The notes beneath the pieces are model-generated. The model saw only the letters and a list, made by a program, of their open reading frames with translations, was not told the DNA's origin and made no database searches. A DNA stretch of 64,000 bases from a bacterium (GTDB lineage: Bacteria; RBG-13-61-14; DATKZS01): the NCBI GenBank assembly GCA_963674965.2, contig CAXXFL010000001.1, forward strand, positions 288,001 through 352,000. The letters are read 5' to 3'. The translations under genes and the position numbers were made by a program. This document shows positions 9,024 to 18,438 of the stretch, one piece after another (within the stretch, counting starts at the first letter, position 1; each line of letters starts with the position of its first letter).

Positions 9024-9824
9024 ATGAAGCGAGCCGCGATAATGACGCTGGTTCTTACGGTACTGGGGTTGGCCTTGGCCGCCGGGGCCGCTGAGAGGAA
9101 CGATCTTATAGCTCTTGACTCGTCCATGTTCACGGAGCCGAAAGTCACCTTGACGGGGTTCGGCCTTAACGAGCCCGAGCCGTCGATGCCGAAAACCGGC
9201 GGCAACTGGGGAGGTTTCGGGGGGCCTATGGTCGCCTATCTGGACGTGGACCTTTCATGTTTCGATCCGGTTTCGGAATACCCGGGAACGGAGGGCCTCA
9301 AGGACGGCATGGCCCTGGTGGGGGGCTTTGGCGGCGCGGTCTATAAGAATTTCAAGTTCGGCGGCTTTGGCTTTGGCGGCAATACGGCCGTCAGTGGGGC
9401 GGGGCTCAACTCCAACCGTGAGGTCCTCTTGACCATTGGCGGCGGCGGCGTTTTCCTGGAGTACGATTATCCGGTCTCCGGCCGGCTCGGGGTCCTGGCG
9501 GGAGCCTGGCTCGGCGCGGGCAGGCTGTCCTTGAACGTTAAGGGACTGGACTCGCCTCCCATCGATTCGCGCGTGGCGAAATGGACGGCCAATGGTCCCT
9601 TTTTTATGGCGGAGCCCTACTTGGGGGGGCGGTTTAATTTCACGGACTGGTTCTGGCTCCAGTTGGACCTGGGCTATCTATACCTCGACCTGGATTCATC
9701 GGACTTCACTAATTACGGACTGGGCATGGACATGGCCGACGACGACGTTAACGGGGCTTTCCAGGCGACCTTGAAAATCGTATACGGTTTCGACCCGAGG
9801 TCCTCCAAGAAGTCGTCCTGGTAA
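9024..9824 (+). CDS. Putative outer-membrane beta-barrel protein
   Basis: Signal peptide, Gly/aromatic-rich amphipathic strands (GGFGGP, GGGGVFLEY, LQLDLGYLY), AGGAG RBS. Confidence 0.6.
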   Translation: MKRAAIMTLVLTVLGLALAAGAAERNDLIALDSSMFTEPKVTLTGFGLNEPEPSMPKTGGNWGGFGGPMVAYLDVDLSCFDPVSEYPGTEGLKDGMALVGGFGGAVYKNFKFGGFGFGGNTAVSGAGLNSNREVLLTIGGGGVFLEYDYPVSGRLGVLAGAWLGAGRLSLNVKGLDSPPIDSRVAKWTANGPFFMAEPYLGGRFNFTDWFWLQLDLGYLYLDLDSSDFTNYGLGMDMADDDVNGAFQATLKIVYGFDPRSSKKSSW

Positions 9825-9984
9825 AGGCCCCAACTCTATAACCGGGTTTCTTCGGCGCCATGGCGCCGGGCCGCCTTGTAATTTTAGCCAAGCGACGCTG
9901 GGCGGTCCCTATCATCACCCCTCTCCCAAACGCGGCGGGCGGCCACAAAGGCCGCCCGCGACAATTTTCACCGCGTTTAAACGG

Positions 9985-10545
9985 TCAGTTAACTCTTTCC
10001 ACGTACTCGCCCGTTCGCGTGTCGATCCTTAGCAGTTCCCCCTCGGTGATAAAGAGCGGCACCTGTATGGTTTTGCCGGTCTCGAGGGTCGCGGGCTTGG
10101 TGGCTCCCGAGGCCGTGTCTCCCTTTACTCCCGGCTCGGTATGGGCCACTTTAAGCTCGACGAATATGGGGAGGTCCACGCCGATGGGATGATCGTTATG
10201 GTACATGACCTTGACGATGATGTTCTCCTGCAGATAGTCCGCGCTCTCGCCCAGCTTGTCCCTGGTTATCATCACCTGGTCGTAGGTGTTCTGGTCCATG
10301 AGATGGTATTCCTCACCCTCGGAGTAAAGGTATTGCATCTCTTTAAGCTCGAGGTTGGGGGTGTCCACCTTGTCGCCCGACCGGAAATTGATGTCCCGCA
10401 CGTTGCCGCTTATGAGGCTCTTGATCCTGGTCTTGACGAAAGCCGCTCCCTTTCCGGGCTTCACGTGCTGGCACTCGACGATGACGAAGGGCTCTCCCTC
10501 CATCTCGATCTTCAATCCTTTTCTAAAGTCACTCGTGGTATACAT
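9985..10545 (-). CDS. efp: Elongation factor P
   Basis: HVKPGKGAAFV and PGVKGDTASGATKPATLETG...VPLFI motifs. Confidence 0.97.
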   Translation of the reverse strand: MYTTSDFRKGLKIEMEGEPFVIVECQHVKPGKGAAFVKTRIKSLISGNVRDINFRSGDKVDTPNLELKEMQYLYSEGEEYHLMDQNTYDQVMITRDKLGESADYLQENIIVKVMYHNDHPIGVDLPIFVELKVAHTEPGVKGDTASGATKPATLETGKTIQVPLFITEGELLRIDTRTGEYVERVN

Positions 10546-10601
10546 TTTTCTCTCCAAGCCAAGAAGATACGCTCGAGCGGCGTTAATGAACGCGAATTAT
10601 A

Positions 10602-11681
10602 TCATACTTCCCGGAGATTTCCCCCCGAGTCGGTAAGAAGCCTGTATCCGTTCCCGGTAATCAGCGCCATGTCCTCGATCCTGACCCCGCCCCAACCCGG
10701 GATATAAACGCCCGGCTCGACGGTCACCACGTTGCCCTCCTCGAGGACGTCCCTGGTCCGGGGATTCAAGGTGGGGCCCTCGTGGGTCTCGAGGCCAACG
10801 CCGTGGCCAAGGCCGTGCCCGAAATACTGGCCGAAACCGGCCGCGGCGATGATGTCCCGAGCGGTCTTGTCCACGTCGCTGGCCTTGACGCCGGGAGCAA
10901 GCTTCTCGATCGCCGCGTCGTGGGCCTCTCGGACCACGTTATAAACCTCCCGCTGGCGGGCGTTGGGTTTGCCCAGGCAGAAGGTCACGGTCTGGTCCGA
11001 CTGGTAGCCATTATAAATACCGCCGTAGTCGACCGTTACCAGGTCGCCCTTTTTCATTTTCCTGTCCGAGGCCACCCCGTGGGGAAGGGCGCCTCGCGGC
11101 CCGGAGGCCACGATGGTTGGAAACGGCGCCGGACCGCTACCCAGTTCCCGGAGCCTGGTTTCCAGGAGAAAGGCGAAATCAGACTCCTTCATGCCCGGCT
11201 TGGCCGATCCCATTACCTGGGCGAGCCCGTCGCGGGCCAGGGAGGCCGCCTTGCCGATAAGCCGAGCCTCATCCTCGTCCTTTTTCCGACGGAGTTCCTG
11301 GACGAAGCGGCCGGCTTTCACGAGCTTTATACCGCCGGTTTTTTTGCGCAGGGCTAAAAAGGACTCGTGACTCATCCCCCATGGCTCGAAGGCCAGGCGC
11401 CCGATCTTCAAGGCGACCGCCTTTTTAATAAGGTCGTCGGGGGTTCGGGTGATGGGTACCACCGTGACGCCGCCGCATTCCTTTTTTGCTTGCAGCGCGT
11501 ACCTGGAGTCGACGAAGACGTATTGCCCCCGCCCGGTCACGAGCATCATGGCCGTCGAGCCGGTGAAACCGGACAGGTAACGCAAGTTGGCCAGGTCCGT
11601 GACCATCATGGCGTCGGCGGGAAGGGCCAGGACCTTCTTGCGAAGGGCCTTTATCCTGGCGCCGGCTTTTGGTTTACTCAC
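10602..11681 (-). CDS. pepP: Xaa-Pro aminopeptidase (M24B)
   Basis: NLRYLSGFTGS, YQSD-T, HGLGHGVGLETHE and TVEPGVYIPGWGGVRIED motifs. Lies immediately upstream of efp. Confidence 0.9.
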   Translation of the reverse strand: MSKPKAGARIKALRKKVLALPADAMMVTDLANLRYLSGFTGSTAMMLVTGRGQYVFVDSRYALQAKKECGGVTVVPITRTPDDLIKKAVALKIGRLAFEPWGMSHESFLALRKKTGGIKLVKAGRFVQELRRKKDEDEARLIGKAASLARDGLAQVMGSAKPGMKESDFAFLLETRLRELGSGPAPFPTIVASGPRGALPHGVASDRKMKKGDLVTVDYGGIYNGYQSDQTVTFCLGKPNARQREVYNVVREAHDAAIEKLAPGVKASDVDKTARDIIAAAGFGQYFGHGLGHGVGLETHEGPTLNPRTRDVLEEGNVVTVEPGVYIPGWGGVRIEDMALITGNGYRLLTDSGGNLREV

Positions 11682-12552
11682 CCGCCACTCCCCTGAACTT
11701 CAGGTCAATAATGTATTTCTTTTTCGGCTCGGTAATGCATTCGCCTTTTTCATCCACCAACTCGGCCATGCAGGTGGCCACGATGAAGTGGTTTTCCGAG
11801 CCGTCAAGCTGATGGAGGTATTGAATCGCGTCCTGGACCGCCCGGTCCGGATATACGTGTAAAAGCTCCCAGTAAAAATGCTCCTCACCGTAAGGCTCGA
11901 CAACGTACGAGTCGGAAAGGCTCTTGCCGGGGGTGAGGTTTCCAGGGACCGGATGGTGAAGAAAGACCCCCGTTACCTCCGAAGAGTCGGAGATGGCCTT
12001 CTTCTTATAGACCGAGGTCAGGCCCGGGTTTAATATCTCGTCGCGGAGCGAGAGTATCTTTATGATTTTCTTCAGGTTTCCGTCCTTGTAATCGATGAGT
12101 TTCCCCGCCCTTATAAGTGGCAGGTAAACCAGCTTCTGATAGATATCCATGGGGAGAGTATCGAGGAATTTAAGAAGCGGCCGGTCGCCGTTTTCCTCCA
12201 GTAACAACTCGTGCCTGCGTTTAATCCTGGTGGGCTGGTCCCTGAAGAATTCCTTGAGTGCTTTTTGCTCCATGTATTCCTCGAGGGTGAGCATGGTTTC
12301 CTCGGGAGGGACCATCATGGCAGTTTGGTGGGCGTAGTACCCCAGGTAAGCCTCGAAGGCGGCGGTGGAAAGAAGGACCGAATCCACGCGGCGCTCGAGT
12401 AGTTGGGTAAAGTCATCCCGGTCGTCAATCTTGATGACCTGTCCTTCACGGGGGCACTTCATGAGCCTTTCCTCGAAGGCCCGCTCGGACTTCTGGGCCA
12501 TGGCCAGCAACCGGACCGGAAGGTAATCGGTCATCCAGGTAATTTCTTTCAT
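11674..12552 (-). CDS. Hypothetical protein
   Basis: 292-aa ORF with GGGAG RBS overlapping the pepP start. No motif recognised. Confidence 0.7.
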   Translation of the reverse strand: MKEITWMTDYLPVRLLAMAQKSERAFEERLMKCPREGQVIKIDDRDDFTQLLERRVDSVLLSTAAFEAYLGYYAHQTAMMVPPEETMLTLEEYMEQKALKEFFRDQPTRIKRRHELLLEENGDRPLLKFLDTLPMDIYQKLVYLPLIRAGKLIDYKDGNLKKIIKILSLRDEILNPGLTSVYKKKAISDSSEVTGVFLHHPVPGNLTPGKSLSDSYVVEPYGEEHFYWELLHVYPDRAVQDAIQYLHQLDGSENHFIVATCMAELVDEKGECITEPKKKYIIDLKFRGVAGE

Positions 12553-12692
12553 TTTTCACTCCCTTAACTATTGGCGGGTAAAACTTCCAGACCCTGTTCC
12601 GACGTTATAAGCCGATTTAAAGCATGTCAAGTCGATAAGGACCTAAATTAGCGAGCGGGTTCGATTTTCGCGGTCTAACTGATTTATAAAGC

Positions 12693-12717
12693 AAAAAGCC
12701 CGGCGAAAGGGCCGGGC
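12693..12717 (-). terminator. Intrinsic terminator after rpmB
   Basis: GCCCGGC/GCCGGGC stem followed by a U5 tract on the minus strand. Confidence 0.75.
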
Positions 12718-12739
12718 AATGTCGTCCCAATCAACCGAT

Positions 12740-12931
12740 TCAGATGGCTTTTTTGACTTTGCCCGCCCTGATGCAGCGAGTGCACACCCTCATGCGCTTG
12801 GGACCCTTTTCGGTCATGACCCTGACGCGCTGAATGTTAGGATAAGATTTCTTCTTGGTCCGATTATGGGCGTGACTTACGTTCATGCCCACTAATATGC
12901 CTTTACCGCAAATGTCACATACGCGACTCAT
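12740..12931 (-). CDS. rpmB: 50S ribosomal protein L28 (Zn-ribbon type)
   Basis: [10 protein letters not shown]...VSHAHNRTK...PNIQ...VCTRCIR. Confidence 0.97.
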   Translation of the reverse strand: MSRVCDICGKGILVGMNVSHAHNRTKKKSYPNIQRVRVMTEKGPKRMRVCTRCIRAGKVKKAI

Positions 12932-13025
12932 TCCCAGTCCTCCTCAGTCAGATGCATTAAATGGTACATTAGCTTTCCGGGGAAGTCAAACCGTGAAATT
13001 CCCCGGATAGGGCGCTAAAAGGACC

Positions 13026-13310
13026 TTACTTTTCTGGGCGGTCTTTCCAGTTCCACCACTTTAAAAGCTCAGGGTCGCGCTCCTCGTTCTCGGCGAAATA
13101 CACGGCGCACCGGAAAACGTAAAGAACGCATCGGTCTATATGCCCGCCCCTTATCCGGCAAAGCTTTTGGTAGAGCTTTTCCGGGTCCTTTCCCTCAAGG
13201 GATTTGACCGATTTTACGCCCAGGTCGAAAAGGTCCCGCGAGATGGAAGGACCAACTCCCGGGATGGTCATTAAATCCTTGATAGCCTCTTTTTCCGAGA
13301 GTTTCGCCAT
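13026..13310 (-). CDS. Helix-hairpin-helix protein, Cdd1/McrB (mitomycin-resistance)-like
   Basis: IPGVG-SI-DL, DPE-LY-LC, DRCVLYVFRCAVYFA and WWNWKD motifs. Confidence 0.8.
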   Translation of the reverse strand: MAKLSEKEAIKDLMTIPGVGPSISRDLFDLGVKSVKSLEGKDPEKLYQKLCRIRGGHIDRCVLYVFRCAVYFAENEERDPELLKWWNWKDRPEK

Positions 13311-13329
13311 TTAGCCTCCTACGCCCGCG

Positions 13330-13905
13330 TCAAGGACAAGGCACGGGCACGACCTCATCGAGCGGACCCTCGAGCTTGAGGGCCCAGAAGTCGGGAAGAG
13401 GAAAGAATATCGGCCCAGCCTTGAAGACCTCCCATCCCAACAAAAGCGAGTTGTCGCCGGCGTTTACCGCCACCAGCGGGCAATAACCCAGGCCGGCCAC
13501 GTCGTACCAGGGGTTGCCCGCCTCGATGTAGTCCAGGTAGTTCTCGCCCGACCAGCCGCCGGGGAACTTGAGACCCTTGGCCGAGCGGACGCGGTAATGG
13601 CCGAATGATATGGGCTTGCCCCTCGAGTCGGTTTTGGGCGTGCCCGGACCGTCCCAGCCGGTCTGCTCCATGCGGACGTTCCATCCCCTGGTCTCGCCCA
13701 GCTTCTCGTCGTAATAAAAAGTCTTGCGAAAGGTCTTCCATAAAATGGCGTTGGCTATCTTGGGCAGGCTGAGGTCCACTCCCAGGTACATGTTCCCGGC
13801 CAGGGCCTCCACGTCCAGAGGGTTGGCCGCAAACACGATCCTTCTTCTCGCCGCGTTGTCCATTTTTAAAAGGTCCTCAAGGGTGATCTTGTCCTTGTCC
13901 GCCAT
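13330..13905 (-). CDS. Hypothetical protein
   Basis: 191-aa ORF with GAGGAG RBS and host-like codon use. Confidence 0.7.
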   Translation of the reverse strand: MADKDKITLEDLLKMDNAARRRIVFAANPLDVEALAGNMYLGVDLSLPKIANAILWKTFRKTFYYDEKLGETRGWNVRMEQTGWDGPGTPKTDSRGKPISFGHYRVRSAKGLKFPGGWSGENYLDYIEAGNPWYDVAGLGYCPLVAVNAGDNSLLLGWEVFKAGPIFFPLPDFWALKLEGPLDEVVPVPCP

Positions 13906-13952
13906 GATACTCCTCTCTTTCTTTAAACCCGGCGCGTTTGCCGGCGTGAGTT

Positions 13953-14945
13953 TTACTTTCCATGCGGCTCCAGGGGACCTTCATCAACCGGCATGGACGC
14001 GGGCGTGGGGTATCCCATCAGCTCGCTCACCGTTACCAGCTCGAAACCCCCGGCGCGAAGGCCGTCGATAATTTCCGGCAGCGCCTCCGCCGTGTTCCAG
14101 CCGCGGCCGTTAATGTGGAAGATAATGATCGAGCCGTTTTGGGCCTTATTCAATACTTCCCTCGCCATGGGTTTGGCCTTCACGCTTTTGGAAGGGTCTC
14201 CTGAAACGACGTCCCATTGGATAGGATATACGCCCATCTCGGCCGCAACCGCGAGGGATTTGTCATCGTAATATCCGTAAGGAAACCTGAACGTTATGCC
14301 CTGACGCCCGGTCATGCGCCATTGGACGTCCTGGGTCCTCTTGATCTCCTCCCTGACCCGCGCCTCGGATATCTTGGTGAAGTCGGGATGGATATAGGAG
14401 TGGTTGGCTATCTCGATGTTCGGGTTTTGCCCTATCATAACCGTCTGCTCGGGATGGCTCTCCATCCATTTGCCGCCAAGGAAAATGGTCGCCTTCGCGT
14501 CCTTTGCCACCAGGATATCCCATATCTTCTGGTCCCACCTGGCCGGCTTGGCCGTTTCGCAGGCGTCGAAAGTGATGGCCACCCGGGCCTTGTCGCGAGG
14601 CCCGTTGAACACGAGTCCCTTTTCCACCGGCGGCAAAACGGGCGCTTCATCCTTTGAAAAGACCTCGGTTTCCCGGGGAGGCTGACTTGTCGAGTTGCCC
14701 TTGGCCATGCCCTCGGGCGTTGCCAGGAGGGTCGATCCCAACTCAGGGGAAGGGGAATTTTCGGACCCTTCGACTCCGGAAGAAACCGACTTTTCATCGT
14801 TTCCCCGGGTGATTTCGGTTGGGGACGTCTCATGGGCGCCCGGCGCGGCCTCGGGCGTCTTTCCGACGTGGTCGTCTTGCCCGCGGCAGCAAAGGAAAAT
14901 CGAGCCCCATAAAATCGCGATCGTCATTAGAGCGGTTTTCATCAT
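13953..14945 (-). CDS. Polysaccharide deacetylase (NodB/CE4), probable lipoprotein
   Basis: AITFDAC, ATIF, IANHSYIHP, FRFPYG and GSIIIFH motifs. Signal peptide ending in Cys, then an S/E/P-rich linker. Confidence 0.85.
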   Translation of the reverse strand: MMKTALMTIAILWGSIFLCCRGQDDHVGKTPEAAPGAHETSPTEITRGNDEKSVSSGVEGSENSPSPELGSTLLATPEGMAKGNSTSQPPRETEVFSKDEAPVLPPVEKGLVFNGPRDKARVAITFDACETAKPARWDQKIWDILVAKDAKATIFLGGKWMESHPEQTVMIGQNPNIEIANHSYIHPDFTKISEARVREEIKRTQDVQWRMTGRQGITFRFPYGYYDDKSLAVAAEMGVYPIQWDVVSGDPSKSVKAKPMAREVLNKAQNGSIIIFHINGRGWNTAEALPEIIDGLRAGGFELVTVSELMGYPTPASMPVDEGPLEPHGK

Positions 14946-15103
14946 GTTCGGCCTTTCAAGATAAGAGCGTGGTTAAATGACGTCAACATAAAAGTTATTG
15001 TACCGCAACTCGATTATAAAGGCCATGGCGCGGCCTGGCCCGCTTGATAGGTTAATTGGCAATTGATAAGATTGTGTTGCCAGGTGAGCATCTTGCAAAA
15101 GTT

Positions 15104-15232
15104 CCGCTTTGGAATGCGGCGGCTCGACGCCGCTTTTCTTCCGAGCGGCTTGACGCGAGGCAAGCCGCTATATTGTTTGGCCTTGTCAAGCCAAGGCCAT
15201 AGAAAGCGGTCTCAAGCGACCGCACTCCTAAG
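15104..15232. repeat. REP-like multi-hairpin repeat, intact copy
   Basis: Near-identical to 61073-61095 joined to 62548-62653. Terminal inverted ends CTTTGGA(A/G)TGCGG...CCGCACTCC(T/A)AAG and four internal hairpins. Confidence 0.9.
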
Positions 15233-15283
15233 CTGGACTTTTGTAAGAAGCTCAGGTATAGAGCTTTTTTCGGGAATAAAAAG

Positions 15284-15913
15284 ATGAGCGTCGATGAAAA
15301 CGACATAAAGCAAAAGGGACCCGGGGTCGACAAGGCTCAACTGGTGGCTTTCGTCGATTTTCAGATAAGCCACGGCCGGGAAAAACGGACGGTCGTCGCC
15401 AGGCTGATCGAGAAGGGTCTAAGTCGCGCGGAGGCGGAGGCGTTTTTCGATGACGTGCTCCTGCGCATGGAGGCCGACGCGGCGAGAAGCGCCTTTAGCG
15501 CGGCGACGGTCTTCGCCTTTTTCCTTGGCGGCATGATTGGAGCGGTGATCGGGGTTGGGGTCTGGCTGTTTCTTGAATTCCTTTTTCCCGACGCGGTATG
15601 GTCCGGCCCCGCCGGGGTGGTCTCGGTCGGCGTTGGCGTTTGCGTGGGCGCCATGGTGGCGGCCCCTGGCGCGGGAGGAGTCGTATATCAGTCCGCCGCC
15701 GCCCTTGCCGCCTTGATCGGCGTGGGGGTGGGCGAGTTTCTTACCGGCGACTTCGGTCTTTGCAAAGGGTCCTTTAATGACCACTACGGCTCGGGCGGCT
15801 ACGATTGGACATGCGTGTTACTTAATCTGCCCGGCCGGATGTTCGAGCACGCCCTCTGGATCGGATTGGCGCTTTTATTGTGCGTCGTCCTGACCAGGAA
15901 AAGGACTCGTTAA
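15284..15913 (+). CDS. Hypothetical membrane protein
   Basis: N-terminal helical domain then about four Gly-rich hydrophobic segments. Confidence 0.65.
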   Translation: MSVDENDIKQKGPGVDKAQLVAFVDFQISHGREKRTVVARLIEKGLSRAEAEAFFDDVLLRMEADAARSAFSAATVFAFFLGGMIGAVIGVGVWLFLEFLFPDAVWSGPAGVVSVGVGVCVGAMVAAPGAGGVVYQSAAALAALIGVGVGEFLTGDFGLCKGSFNDHYGSGGYDWTCVLLNLPGRMFEHALWIGLALLLCVVLTRKRTR

Positions 15914-16062
15914 TCCGGAAGGTCCGTTCCGACGCGCCCTTGGGACCGGCCCGTGGTTTTTCGTCGCGCCGGTTTGGAGCCTCGGTTCAACGGGCCATAT
16001 ACTGACTAAAGCGGTGGGAAAGTATTTTTCGCCGCTCAATCCAACATTGGAGGACTTGGTTT

Positions 16063-18312
16063 ATGAGACCATTTTTCCGTTTTTTCTTCCTGGCCGCGAT
16101 CGTCTTCGCGTCCTCATTGCCGTTTTATTCCCGCGCGGCCGCCATGGAGGCTTTCTCGGAGACGGATACGGCCTCGACGCCGGACTCGGGCATGATCGAG
16201 GGATGCGACCCGGCCCAGCCCTGTTTTCGCTTCCTCTGGCCCGAGGAGCCCGGAAGCGTTAAAATGACGCCTCTCATCGGCGAGCCGGGAGAGTCGGGAG
16301 TTGAGGAGACCCCGCTCGGGCGGGCTAAAACGGCCATCGTTTCCTGGCGGTCTTCGGCGGGGGATGAGGTCCTCACGAGCAAGACTTATTATTATCCGGA
16401 CCATGGAGACTTCCGCTCCCTGGTCATCGAGACGGAAATCAAAAAGGAGATTTCGGTGGCCGGGGGTGATTATTTCAAGCCTCACTTCGCCGCGCCCGCC
16501 ATCCGCCCTCCCCTTTCCCACTCGAGGACCCTGTGTTACGAGGTCAACGCCTTCTCTCCGCCCAGCGACAAGCCCATCCCCACCAGCGGGCCGATCATGA
16601 CCTTTGACGACGACTTGAACGCCACCATATTCTCGCCGCTCGATAATTTCATGGCCTCCATGCAGGCGCCGGTGAACGGCGAGTGGCGTCTCGGGTTTGG
16701 GGGAAGCGTGAAGAACGTGCCGGCCGGGACGGTCCATCGGGTGCTGGTGGTATCCGGGCGCGGAGTCAACGCGACCATGGCCGCCTGGGGAGACGGGCTG
16801 AGGAAATGGCACGGCCGGGAAAGGCCGGCCAGGGACGCCGAGCCCGGATTGAAATACCTGGGCTACTACACCGATAACGGGGCTTATTACTATTACAAGA
16901 CCGCGCCGGGCAAGAACTATCACGACACCCTGATGGCGGTCAAGCGGGACGCGGACGAGCGAGGCATACCCTACGGTTATTTCCAGGTGGACTCCTGGTG
17001 GTATCCCAAGGCCAGGAGCAACAACATCATGAACGCCTTCACGGGCGGGGCCCTTTTATGGGAGCCCATGGATGATATGTTCCCCGCGGGCCTGGCGGGA
17101 TTCAGCCGCGAGTTGGGCCTTCCCCTGGTGGCCCACAACCGCTGGTACGACCGGACCTCGCCCTATTGCGATCGTCACGAGTGCGTAAGGGGGGAGGGCC
17201 ACAAGCGGGCGGCCCTTCCCATCGAGGACGAGTTCTGGGACGAGATCATGGACAACGCGGTCAGTTACGGCGTTTCGGTCTACGAGCAGGACTGGCTCCA
17301 TACCCAGATGAACATGATACCATGGCTGCGCTCGGGCCTGAACAACGCCGAGAGCTGGTTCGACGCCATGGTCCGGGCGGCCGACGAGCGGGGACTTCAC
17401 GTTCAGCTCTGCATGGCCTCGCCCGAGTTTTTTCTTCAGCAGGTAAAGCACCCCAACGTGACCGAGGTCAGGGCCTCGGGGGATTACATAGCGGGGGTTC
17501 CCAAGACCTATTACTGGCCCAAGTTCCATAAGACCTCCATGTTCGCCCACGCCGCGGGGCTGTGGCCGTTCAAGGACAACTTCCAAAGCTCCTCGGGCCA
17601 GAGGACGATAAGGAACGAGAAGTGGCCCTATGAGGAGGCCCTTATCAGCCTGCTCTCGGCGGGACCGGTGGGACCGGGAGACAAGATCGGCGCGGCCGAC
17701 GTCGAGCTTCTCATGAAGACGTGCCGGCAGGACGGCGTCCTTCTAAAGCCCGACCGGCCGGCCACGCCCATCGACCTCATGTTCCTGGACTCGAAAAAGC
17801 CCTGGATCGTCACCACCGAGAGCGACCACGAGGCCGGCAGGACCGTCTACCTGGCGGCGTTCAACCTGTGGCCCGCCCGGATGAAGGACCCCTCCATAGC
17901 CCTTTCTGACCTGGGAATCGAGGACGAGCGAATAATCTACAACCATAAGGAAAAGGACCTGCTTCTCGGGTCCGACCGGATCGATTTCGGAAAAATGAAG
18001 CGAAACGAGGCCAACTACTATGTCCTGGTTCCCATCCTCGAGAACGGCATGGCCCTTTTGGGAGAGACGGACAAGTTCGCCTGCCTCAGCGGCGAGCGTT
18101 TTCCCGAGGTCAAGATCGATGGTTGCGCGCTGAAAATTACGGTAATGGGGGTCCCGGGCGAGACGGTCCCCGTCTCCATCTACTCTCCTCGTCCGCCCCA
18201 GAAAATGGCGGGTTGCGGCATGGCCAATATGCCGGCCGATTTCAAAGAAGGTGTCATAACCATAAAAGTGGTAATACCGGCGAGCGGCCAAATTTGCGTC
18301 AGCGTCGAGTGA
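16063..18312 (+). CDS. Secreted glycoside-hydrolase-like protein (clan GH-D/Sip1-like TIM barrel)
   Basis: Signal peptide, YYTDNGAYYYY, FQVDSWWY, YEQDWL (nucleophile-like Asp), RASGDY (acid/base-like Asp), GPVGPGD and DG-LLKPDRP. Confidence 0.65.
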   Translation: MRPFFRFFFLAAIVFASSLPFYSRAAAMEAFSETDTASTPDSGMIEGCDPAQPCFRFLWPEEPGSVKMTPLIGEPGESGVEETPLGRAKTAIVSWRSSAGDEVLTSKTYYYPDHGDFRSLVIETEIKKEISVAGGDYFKPHFAAPAIRPPLSHSRTLCYEVNAFSPPSDKPIPTSGPIMTFDDDLNATIFSPLDNFMASMQAPVNGEWRLGFGGSVKNVPAGTVHRVLVVSGRGVNATMAAWGDGLRKWHGRERPARDAEPGLKYLGYYTDNGAYYYYKTAPGKNYHDTLMAVKRDADERGIPYGYFQVDSWWYPKARSNNIMNAFTGGALLWEPMDDMFPAGLAGFSRELGLPLVAHNRWYDRTSPYCDRHECVRGEGHKRAALPIEDEFWDEIMDNAVSYGVSVYEQDWLHTQMNMIPWLRSGLNNAESWFDAMVRAADERGLHVQLCMASPEFFLQQVKHPNVTEVRASGDYIAGVPKTYYWPKFHKTSMFAHAAGLWPFKDNFQSSSGQRTIRNEKWPYEEALISLLSAGPVGPGDKIGAADVELLMKTCRQDGVLLKPDRPATPIDLMFLDSKKPWIVTTESDHEAGRTVYLAAFNLWPARMKDPSIALSDLGIEDERIIYNHKEKDLLLGSDRIDFGKMKRNEANYYVLVPILENGMALLGETDKFACLSGERFPEVKIDGCALKITVMGVPGETVPVSIYSPRPPQKMAGCGMANMPADFKEGVITIKVVIPASGQICVSVE

Positions 18313-18438
18313 TCGGTCCGGAAAGTGGGAATCCGGGGAAAATAGGGTAAAATATTCACGGTCATTTTCGGCCTCGAGCGGAACTTGACCGACGACTCCC
18401 GCGTCGAATATTTCGCGGGCGCGAAAAGGAGATGGTTA

